A stretch of DNA of 64,000 nt, from assembly GCA_964187785.1 (NCBI GenBank), contig OZ076409.1:27220001-27284000 (forward strand). The letters are read 5' to 3'. The stretch is from Amphiscolops sp. MND2022. Taxonomy: Eukaryota. The stretch's first letter is position 1. Each line of letters opens with the position of its first letter. Shown in pieces: positions 26,401-38,400 of this stretch. Below the pieces are notes generated by a model. The model was not told where the DNA came from. It saw nothing but the letters and a program-made list of their open reading frames with translations, and did no database searches. The translations under genes and the position numbers were made by a program.

Positions 26401-29400
26401 CTCAACTGTGGCTGAAGCCAGTCTGGACTTGTTTTCAATCAGGAAACTCTCTTTGTCATACTCCTCTTGGCGCGAAGACTTTGCTCTGGTTGGGGTCACT
26501 GCAGCACAAAACCAGGGTATGAGATAAGAAAGCATTACTAAATTGGCAGTTGGTGTATTCAATAACTTAGAACTTTTTCAAAGAAAAAACACGCGCCAAT
26601 GGCATAAAACCTTCCAAAAAAGGTCGAACGAAAGGAGTAGCTCTTGCTTTCATGTAATTGCTCCAACTAGATTCATATCAGCTCGGTATGTTTTCGAAAT
26701 ACAACTTTTCCCGAATGAAGAAAAAAAGCATAAATCTCTGTGGCGCAGAGGATTTCGGAAAGTTTTAACCACACTGATGCATTTTCTCGCGGAAAACTCG
26801 TTTGTTGAAAAGCTGCAAAATTGTAGGAATGAGTGCACTTTGTTAGCCCCAATAAGTTTAGCCTCGGCGTTTATACCAGCCGTATTCGTTTTTGAAAAAA
26901 CTGAATTTATAAAATTATAGCACGCAAGCTGAACTTTAAAAAAATCGGCAAAACCGAGAAACTCAGGAAAATCTTTACCAACAAAATGAAAATGTTTATA
27001 ATGGTTATCGATTCATCTAGGAGAGCTGGCAAAAAACGAAGTTTCTGATCCATTGCACTTCCACATTTCCAGTTTTTTCCTCATTGGTACTTCCATTAAC
27101 AAATACTTCCAAATTTGTTTGACGGCAATCAAATAATTATGGAAAGAAATAGTTGTTCCACAAAACCATGGAACGTCTGTAACTTGAGAATCACATCTCA
27201 GCATTTGAAAACATACGCTTTACCCGCAACCAAATAGCAAGAGATGTTTCTGCTTCGCGGTTTTAGGTTTGGTTATCATTGAATGACATTATGATACTCA
27301 ATTACAAGTAATTAGTAGCGCGCACCCTTGCTATAAGAAGTGTTGGGAGCTCCGTCCCTCCACTCCACAGGCTCGACTCCACTGCTGTGTTTCACAGAAG
27401 AGCCCTTGCCGTGGGCGGACCTGTCGAGGTCTGCTCCCAAGTATTTGGGTCTGGGACTGGGAGAAGTCCTGGATTGGGACTGAGACCCCGTCAACGTCGA
27501 GTAGTATTCAGACCCAGAGCCCGTTCTGGCGCTACTGCTGCTACCTGATTCTGTTGCGTCACAGGGTTGTAAAATTCCATTTTGTTCAGACAATTTTGTA
27601 ACTGTGACTACAACTTGTTTCTATTTTTTTTGTGCGTTTGTTCAACCCGAAAACGAGTTATTTTGATTGCTAAATAACAACTTTCGAAGGAGTTTAGTTG
27701 AGCGACTCATTGATTCGAGTATGAAGCTTGTTCACAAAAAAACACAAGACACTTTTCGAAACCGATTTTTGAAAAAAAAACGTCGCTTAAAAACTACTTT
27801 AAAACTTAGGCAGATGACTTGATGAGTGCAGAAATTCTACACGTTGTATTGGCGGTAGCAATCGAAACCCACTCTTTGATTGTTCCACAAAAAAGTTTCA
27901 AGGTGTCCAAAAAATTCATAAGTCGTTTTTTTACATCCCTGTTGTAGTGTACTCGGCACTGCTTTGGTCCTTGAGTTTCAACTTGTGGCCTTTCTGAGAC
28001 AGAATAGGTCGCAACACTCCGTCGTCTTTCACATTCTGGTTACTGATCTCCTCCACCTCCGAGGGCTGGAAGCTTTCCCGTTGCTCACCCACTCGCATGT
28101 ACTGGGTGTCATCGGAGACGCTCTTGTTCTTTCGCTTGTCTGTAGATCTTTTCGTGTTCGATTCTGCACTTACGAGAAGGGATGGCAAAGTTTTGGATCG
28201 CGAAACCTTATCACTTTTTGCTTGTTTTTTGCAAAAGTATTTTACGGAGAATGAGATTTTATTCGTAAGAGACTGAAAACTAATGCTCACCAACAATATT
28301 TAAGAAAATTGAGCAAAAATATTTTATCGCTACAAAAAACATCAATCGATATTGAAATTTTTCAATCCCCGATTGGAAGCTTTGTATTTTCAATTGAAAG
28401 ATGGAATCACTTTCCGAAAAATCTCTCGGAAATCAGACAGAAGTATTTCTAACGTTTCAACCGGAAGTTTTTTTAGAGCGTAATCAACACAGGACGAGAA
28501 AACTTAATGACATCCCTGTAGATATTTCTTTTCCAGGCACCACGTCATGGCCACTGGCGTTGGTTGCATACAGAGAAGTTCCCGCGTCCGCACTTCCGTT
28601 GGGGGGCATACCTGTCCTGACCCTGGAGTACTCCTCGCTGATTCTGGGTCTTGAGGAACTTCTTTCTTCGGATAAAACACTGTTGCTGCCGAAAGTGACC
28701 GTTGGATGGCTGATAGAAACCGGGTGGTTCAGAGAACTATGCTTCGATTTCGTTTTCACGTCTCCTTTTATGGAACCCTTGCTCGACCGAGTTGACCCAG
28801 CGTGAGGCGCACTCTCCGTTCTGGCCGCCCAGGGCTCTGTTCGGCCTTTAAAAGGTCAGGACAACAAAAAAATGTCTATAATCTATGAAAACTCAACGGA
28901 TCCGCAAAAAAACTGGGAGTACCATGTTTGCATGCATCCGGCCCTCCTACATGGATCTAAAGAAGAAACCAACGAACTTCCATTGTAATTGTGTCAAAGG
29001 GAATTGAATGTAATTAATTGATATTCGTGATTAGTTAATTAATTTTCAGATTCCTGACTACACGATTCACCACTAGATCAAAGTTCGCCAAACTGTCCAA
29101 TACAATCTAAAACCAGTCACGAAAGTTGTACAAAAACTGATTAAGGAGTCAATCGTCTACTGCCATTTGACTAAAGTGTAGCTTTCGGAATTGATTCAAG
29201 CACGTTTCTCAAATTTTTCTGACCCAAGATATCGCATTCATTGGTGACTTTCAAAAAATCTGACAGGAATTCTAAAGGTAAATACCAAATTTGGAGGTGC
29301 CTGCTATTTGTCTGGTGTTCACTTACCTCTACCCAATTTATCAACAGTTAATTTTTCCTCTGGTTGATCCTCCTCGTTGATCTGGTCCGTGGTACCCGTT

Positions 29401-32400
29401 GCACTACTCTTGACAACATCCTGAAATGATTACACGAATAGTAAAACTCTATACTTTTCTTTTTTTTACATCAGGTAATTTTATAGTAAACTATAGACAG
29501 TGAACTCGGTATGTTTCAACGAGGCCAAGGTGAGCGCAAAATCAGTTTAAAACAACTGGATTTCAATAGTCTCAATTATTTTCATGATACCTTTTTATCA
29601 CACTAGCTTGAACTTTGTCCCACTTTCGTTAACGAGTATGCGTGGTTTTAGTCATTTGAAATAATGCAAACAAATTCTGGATAATATTGAGAGGATAACA
29701 TAGAGAAAAAAGCAGGGAACGGCCCAAGTCAGCGCCACATCTAAGGCTCAAAAATAGCAAAAGGACTTCAAGTGTCAAGTATTCTCTTCTACAGTACCGG
29801 AAAGAGAAAAAAATTGAAAAAAAAATCCGAAATTTTTCGAAATTTTTGTCGAATTTTTTTTGGTATCCGGTAAGTCGCATAGTGCCTAAAAATGTAAAAA
29901 GGGGCCCTTTGGGAGTTTTTGAACATCCATTCTTTTGCAAAATCGAACAAATTGAAAGGGATTCTTTGGAGACATTGAGAAAATTTGCGAAAAGAGTCTC
30001 ACAAAGCCGAAATAATCTGCACAAAAAAATGTTTGGTCAAGGGCGGGACTCGAACCCACGTCCTTCTGCTCGGCAGATCTCTGAAAATTCTCAAAAAATC
30101 AGAAGCAGAAGAAACTACATTAGTGTGGCAGTTAGTGGACGCCAGCTTATGAAGCTTATAAAATCTGTCACTTCGTTGGCCTTAGAAAAAAAGAAAAGTC
30201 ACTACTATAGTCTGCGTTTTTCTACGAAAAGCGCCGACTAATAACAAAATTTTCCAATTCTGTAATCGGAATATGAAAAATAAAGAAAAATGAATAGTTA
30301 AAAAATAGTCAACAAATTAGGTATGATCTGTATACTTTCTGGACTCAAAAGGTGAAACAAATTAGGGATAAGATCGTTAGATGAAAAAAAAACTGGAAAA
30401 ACAATACACTTCTGTTAATTCAATATACAGAACACAATCATTCACCATACCAGTTTACATCACCTTAAATTCTTTTCGGACCGAAGAATATACAGGTAGA
30501 AAGCGTATACGGCGTTTCACATTTGCATTTGAATGCAGGCGAAGCTATAGACGAACGAAAAATTAACACTCCTTCACTTCATCTCAATGAACTCAGGGTA
30601 CGAACTATTAAGACTCGTTTGATTTATCTCAATGAAAGTGCTGTGTCGCTGCTACGAGAAATATATTTACTAGCTAATGATATGGAATAGCCAAGAAAAT
30701 TAGCTAACGAAAAATCAAGGAATAGTTCTCGCATTTACGGCTTCTATGACGTTTCAGCTTACGCATAAGTGTTTTAAGAAGTGGGTCGGACCCTATGTTC
30801 AATCCCCCCAAGCGGCCGCAGGGGAAAAATAAGACACAAAGTTCAAATTCCATCATGTCGACATCGTTTGCGTTGGAATTTTGATCCAATAAAAAAAAGT
30901 GATGTCGACATAATCCTATCTATCACATTGACTGTCAGTTAAAAGTTGCTCATTAGATTTTATCACGGAGAAAATTTGCCTTGAAAAAGGGGCTTTTTCA
31001 TACGATTTTAACTTGTTCCAAGCGTCAATTTCTGTTATTTTGGACAATATTATCAACAAATTAGGGTAAATTTTTTGCCTGAAGTGTCAAAACAGTTGTA
31101 GAGACAATCCTCTGTTTTTACGTTCATATAATATTCTCTTATAAGTGAAATATTTTTATTCAAGAACAAAATGTCATTTCGTGTTGAGGGGAAGTTCGCA
31201 ACAAGGTGTACCTGGGGGGATTGAACACATGGTCCAGTGGGCCTTTCACAGTGGAAACTGTAATCTTTAAAAAAACTGCCACTAACAAAATAACGCTAAG
31301 AACATACACAAGCTAGTTGTATCAAACTACTAAGAACAGTTGATTATGGCATTAATTCACACATAGAGCTTAACAGATAAATTGACACACCGAAATGGAA
31401 CAAAGCTCAGCCTGGAACGCCAAGAATTAGGGCCTTGCTGGAAGCCAAAAATTGAAAAAGGATCATATACTATACCGCACAACTTTATACACAGACGAAT
31501 AGTAAGAAGTTAGTAAAACATTGGCGCCCGTGGAGCAAAGGACTTTGGAGCTATTTCAACCACACTGGTACTTCCCGGAGCTTCATAGTGAAAGCTATTA
31601 ACCACACTTCAAACAGTCCCTCCTTTGCTCATCTACTTGTGTTCTTCCTTTCGCAAACGAATTGGGATTTTGTTTGATTTTTTTGTTCAAAATTTGCTGT
31701 TTTTTTCAGTGGAGAATTGAATTCTTGTCAAAAAATTCAAGAATACTTGTAACAAGTGCATTTGCACCTATACCAGCATCTATGGGAAAAGATAGTTTTC
31801 AGAGTCCCAAAAAATTTGAGTCCGAACAGAATATATAGCAGAAAACCTAGTGAATCGAACGTACTTTTGAAAAACTATATCTCCAAACTCCAAAAAGTAA
31901 TTCATGTCAAAAATCAAAAACTTTGCCGATGATGGCACTGAGAAATCCCCAATTGGACCTATCTTTGCGTCTGTGCCTTAATGGGTTGTTTTTGTAGAAA
32001 ATATTTGAATCAATTTTTAGCGAAAAAATTACCCTAGTAACCAGAACAGCTTTCTGATTTTTTTTTCGATTTCTAACACGGTGTAGGACCATGAACTTTT
32101 TCTGTTTTCCCCACACAATATGCGACACAATAACTTTTTTTTGGAAATTTATCTGAAAATATATAGACAAAGAGACCTGAAACCAAACCAGAAACCAATT
32201 TTATATTTAACTTCAGGGTGACAATATAGGATCCAGATACACCCTTTGTTCTCTTTTCTTTCCATATGAAGTCCCGCATTCTTGTTAAGGGAACAGATTT
32301 TAAGGGAACAGGAAAAGTTTCGAAAAAACTGAAATTTCTATTAAAATTAGTTAAAAGGTTTTTGAAAAAGTTTTGTTCAATCGGAGAACTATACCATTTG

Positions 32401-35400
32401 TATATCAAGTTAAACAACTAGGAAATTCAAGTGAAACAGTGCATAAACGGAAATTCAAGTGAAACACTAGACATTCAAGTGAAACAAAACGGAATATCAA
32501 GCGAAACATTTCGTACTTCCTTCTATTTTTGTTTTAGAGTTTAATAATATTACGTTGTTATGACTCCTCGAGAGGAAATTAGTCAGATTGCAAAAGCATT
32601 CGAAATTTATCGTAGAGGAATGAATATGAAAAAACTTCACAATTTCATTGATTTTTGCAGCGGGAAATTTATTGCTGATACTGCTGACAACGCATCCGGT
32701 TATCTTATCTTTGACAATGCTCCCACCGAAATATTGAACAAGCCGGGAACGGCCCAAGTCGGCGCCATATCTAAGGCTCAAAAATAGCAAAAGGACTTCA
32801 AAGTGTCAAGTTTTCCTTCTACAGTACCCGCATGAGGAACAAATTGGGAAGAAAAATATTCGAAATTTTTAAAAACATTTTTGGTCTCCGGTAAGTAGCA
32901 TAGTGCCAAAAATTGTAAAAGTTACCTCAAAAAAACCTAATAAACCCCTATCTCAAGTGCCCGTAGAAGTAGTGTGGCATTTAGTGTTAGTTCAAGTCAG
33001 CTTATAAAGCTTATAAAATCTGTCACTTCGTTGGTCTTAAAAAAAGTAACCAATATACTCTGCGTTTTTCTACGAAAAGAGCCGACTAAAAAATTGAGGA
33101 TAAGGTGATGAACTTGACACGACTTCCAAGGTACAGTCCTTTTCTCCACCCAGCCAAAAACCCAATATCGACCTGGAAGTCAAGTTTTAAAACGCAGTTG
33201 AACGCGAGGCAACATAAGCTTATCAACATTAGAGATGAGATTACCCTGGTTGATTATCGTTTCCGTTTGATAGGAGAAATGCTAGAAAGTTCAAAGGGTG
33301 CAATTACAGTCGCAAAATTCCGTTCTTGGGAGCAACATGTTTTCACGTACCTTCCTACGTGCTTGCGAAAGGACAATATACAGCGTTGACTTTTGCTCCA
33401 TTAAATTACACCGTGTGAAAAATAATCTCTATTTATGTTTCACTTGATTTTCACTTTTCTTTCACTTGCATTTCTAGTGCTTCACTTGAATTTCCGTTTA
33501 TGCACTGTTTCATTATTTCGTTTCACTGAGTTTCCTATTTGTTTAACTTGAATTTCACTTTTGTTTCACTTGGAATACAAACGGTATAATTTTGTTCGAT
33601 CGCTGGAGAGAAACGGGCCAGATTATCTGATCGTATCCGAGAGCTTGTGTCCAGAAACAAAGCGCTACAACCACCACAAACTTAGGTTGCCTTAGAAATG
33701 GGAAAAAGTTTTCTGACGGGAAATGTTTGTTAGGATCTAAAAAAACAATTTCTACTGAAACGCAGTCCGACGTTTTGACTTTGTTTTGGAAAAAAACGAA
33801 ACGCGTACGTCGTAGAGGACGAAAAACAAGAACTCAAAGTGGGAAATTTTGGTCAATATCACACTTTTATTCATTTATTTTATTGTTATTACAGATGTAA
33901 CCCACAGTACAAACAAAAGTACCAAAGAATGAGCTGATCAGCTCTCCTAATGTCTTCGCCCCAGAGAAACCGATAATTTTTATTTATACCTACCCTGTAT
34001 TTTCTTTCTTTTTCAATGCTTGTAGTAAAAGAAAAGGTTATACGTTCAGTACTAGATTCGTTATGTGACGTAGAATAATTCGAAGAGCTCATTATTGTTT
34101 AGTAGAACTTTCTCCATAATTTGACAAAGATGGGACTTCACTTGTGCTTTTGTTAATGATTCAACATTCCGAGGGATCAAATCACATGACTTGAACCAGT
34201 TATAGGTTTTCATGACAGCATTATTGAGAGAACGCTTTTTCGGTTGTGTTCTATTGATTGTTACTGGTAGCAAACTTTTCAACTTTCCACGTTGATTAAT
34301 TTCATAAGGAACAAATTGATCCTTCAGATGGTCAAATTGAGAATTTTCTTTCAATTCTCTAAAACGTTCAACAAGTATTTCTGATATAAACATTTCGTGA
34401 ACTGTAAGGATTTTTTTATCAGCTATAATTTTATGGAGTGATCCGGATTTTTTTGAAAAATATTGCTCGAATTATTCTTTGTTTATTTTTGATAGAATCA
34501 AGATTCGTTTTGGTTGTACAGTTATCTTTCAAAAAACCATATAAAATTAGGGGTTTTGCATATAAGTAAAAAAGAGAAGTAAACTACGCAAGGATTAAAG
34601 GTGTCTTATTCTTCATACCACTCGCAGAATTTGTTCAATTTTTTGTCACGTGAGTACCTTGATCCTTGAAGTTTGTTGTCTATTATTACATCTAGTTACT
34701 TGCACGATCTCTTGCACGGAATGCCTTCACCAAACGCTTCTCCACCTATTGGTTGCGCTCCAACGGGACTAATGAATTCACATTTTTCGAATAATTTAGT
34801 CGCGTCAAATGAACTTCGCGGTTTTCCTACATCTTGAGTGAATTCTTTTATTGAGTTCCGACCAATGTCATAAACCGTTGTGTCATCAGCAAATAGAGAT
34901 TATTTGCTTTTCTCGAAAACAAGGGTATCTATCTTTTATGTAAATTAGGAATACGATAGGACCCACGACTGATCATTGCGGAGCGCTTTAGTTTTTCGGC
35001 TAAGGAGCAAATTCTATTGTGTTCAACGTACTGTTGTCTATTCTCAAGATAAATGGATGAAAGACTGAATGGTTCACCCGTAAAACCACATTTCTCTAGT
35101 TGTTGCAGTAAACGATTGTGATTGAGAGTATCAATTGCTTTTTCCAAATCAATCAAGCATGCATTTCCTGCGTTACGTTTATCTATTTTTATTTAAAATA
35201 TAGTCTAACAATCACTTCACCGATAGCAGGAGTACAACTACTGTCATTTCTGAAGTCATATTGGTTGGCTGTAAATTCGCTTACATATTACCTTTTCGAA
35301 AAAACTTACAGAGTGAACTTAACAAACTGATTGGTCTGAAATTTTCAGGATTACTTCTATCACCTCCTTCAAACAGCGGAATTACTCTAGCTTGTTGGAG

Positions 35401-38400
35401 AGCTTCTGGAAAATACTTTGGTCCAATCATTTGTTGAAAACATCTGCAACATATGTGTAACGGCTGCTTGCCTTTATCCTGCGCTGAGGCTTGACAAACT
35501 TTACGCCGCCCTGATCCGTTGCTTAGTACTGTGGACCGTTACTAAACAAATCCTGGTTTTCTTGTTTTAAAGGACTGTATCTTTTGGCTGGCGGGTCCGA
35601 TGTGACCCGTGGAATCTCCTGCGATTCCTCTTTGCGCTGATTTGGATCCGATGTGATCCGTAACACACTTCCCTCACTGTATCTTCACGCGCTCCGGCTC
35701 TCCAACTATGAGAGTAGCTACTTAGTCGCTCTGACTCTAGCGAAAAGTTGTGAAGATTGAGAAGTTGATTAATTAGTCTCGCGGTCCTGAGACCCAACTC
35801 GACTATAGCTATTCAGTGGAGAAAATCTCTATCTAATAATGGTATAAATGTGGTTTACAATTCTACAGTAAATATAAGCAAATATCTGTTGAAATACGTT
35901 GTATAAATAAATGACATTTAAGTGAATTATTAAAGTTATTTACTATGTAAACAAAGAATGTGGTGGTTTTGGCATGTTGGTCAGGTGGGCTCAGAAGCAT
36001 GTTTACACTATGTAAATATCATTAATTGCAACAGAAGCACATTCTAATGTGGTCATAGGGGTAAATAGCATTGTTTACATTTTCGGTTCAATGACCTTGA
36101 ATACCACACATGTGAGGTGTAAAGGGGGTTATAATGGGTGAATGACCTTGAAACTTAGCCGGTGTGTTTGTGTTAGGTACTTGCGTACGTGTGCCAAGTT
36201 TCATGGCTCTATGGTTAATAGTCTTGGAGAAAACCCATTTGGGGGGGGTTTCCAAATTTATGATGATTGGATTTTCTTCAAATTTTCATCCAAGTTTTTA
36301 AGTGTTTAAGTCTTGATTCTCAGCCAGCATGTTCCAAATCGACTTTCTCTGCTTTCTGATGACTGGCGCCAACATTGCCGGCCCTGTTTTTCTCCCGAAA
36401 AACACTTTCGTAGAACATGGGTGCCAGTTTCACTACTGGTCGTTTCAGTTTTCCATCTTCAGTTTTCACCAGTGCTGATCTCACTCGCCCATCGCTTCCA
36501 TGATAGACTTCCAACACTTTACCCATCTTGTAATGTGCTCTTTTTACATTTTCATCCACTATCCAAACCAAATCATTGACTTCCAGTTGTCTAACTTCTT
36601 CTTTAATCCATTTTCCAAAAAATTGAAGTTGCATCATCATTTCTTCCCATGATACAGCCGGCCCTATGAAAGGCCCATTTTCCGAACTTGTTGTTATTTG
36701 TGCTTTTGAAGAACCCAATTGCGTTTCCATTAGCGATATTTCATCTGCAAATTCATCTATAGCAATCTTTGCATATAGGATGCCAGTTGTCAATTGACCA
36801 CTTTCGACCATTCCATGTAATAGGTTTGAGCTATGTTCAACCTTCAATAAGCGTTTCTCGAATTGCTTGCCGTGGCCATTGCTCAGTTTGGGTTTGGTGT
36901 ACGCATTAGGGTTAGCTTGTGCCACTGCATCCATTCCCGAGTTTCCATTGCCTATCCAGTTGTTACAATTTTCACTGTCGTTTGGAATAATTTTGTCCAG
37001 CAGTTTATCTTTCAGTTCATCATCATGTCTTCTACAAAATGACATCTTTACGGCTTTTGTTCGATCACTTGTGTTCTCTTCAGACGGTTGATTGCGTTCC
37101 AACAAATCACTGCTGGTGTGTCTCTGATACACCGGAACTCCTCTTGAACCTCCATGAAGACACTCCTTCACGAATCCAACAACTTTTTCCAATTGAGAAC
37201 ACCTTTTTCCTTCTTCAAGTGTTAATGTCTTGGCAGCGAACTTCACGGCTTGCATTTGAGTTGGTTGCTTTTCCTCGACATGCTGTCGTACAGAGGCGAC
37301 ATCTATATTCTCTCTCAGCAAATCAAGCTTCACACTAAGTTCTTCCAAGGTTCGGATGTTTGATTTAATTGCAAAGCTTTCATGTCCGTTCTTTCCTTCG
37401 GTAAATGAGAAACCCATATTTTTGTCTTGTTTGACTATCATATGGTCACTCACAGCTAGGTGCATTTCGTCTTGCCAGACTTGCTTGTTCTCCAAAAGGA
37501 GGGGATTAGTACTGACTTCCTGCCAGTTTCTTTCTACAACGAATATGTCTGGTGAGTTCTCCGTGTTTTCCTTTGACCGTCTTGCCGTGCTTGTTGCAGA
37601 GGTGGCGAACGTAGAGCCGTCGGCCTTTTCCTTGTAGCTCGTCTTTGCACGATCAGCGTTCGGGTTTGAAGACATAAGCAGTTCAACTTGCACTTCTGCT
37701 ATATCATTTAGCCATTCACTGAACACAGCGAGTCCCGGTTGATACAGGTTCATTCGCTTGACATAAGTGAGCCACTTAGTTTTCATGTCCAGTGTTAACT
37801 TCCTTGTGGCACTGCCCAGAACTCCTTCTGAGTTTAGGTCGCCCACGTAGTTGAATTGTGTCAGAACGTTCACACAACTCGACACTATTCTCGCAAACTT
37901 GATCAATGCAGCTCCATCATAAGGTTCCATCGGAGGGAACGAATAGATTCGCTTCAACTGGGCGTTCACAACCTTTTGAGGTTTTCCAAAGTTTCGAACT
38001 AGAACGTTCCACGCCACATTGTACATCTCAGCAGTGTACCCAAGGCCAGCAATCGCCTCCTTGGCTTTGCCTGTGACCATGGTTTTCAGGTGATTCATCT
38101 TTACACTGTCGTCCATATTGGCTGCGAGGACGGTTGCTTCAAAGAGTTGTGACCACTCTGGCCACTCCAATGGGTCACCGGAAAACTCTGCCAGCTTCAG
38201 TTTTGGCAAGCTAGATCTGATGTAGTAGTCATCTCTCGCATTTGACACTATGTTTGGCCCTTGACTTGGCATATACTGCTTCTTTGTGTTCTCAAGCTGT
38301 GGTACTTGAAATGCACTACTCGGGTTGCCTCCATTCGTAGGTGGTACCCAGCCTTGGTTTGCCATAAGGGTCATTGACGGCTTCATTGAAGCGAACTTCA

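Noticed and set aside
30034..30076. Functional tRNA gene
   Set aside because: Only the 3' half is recognisable and it lies inside a repeat; reported as a fragment under findings.
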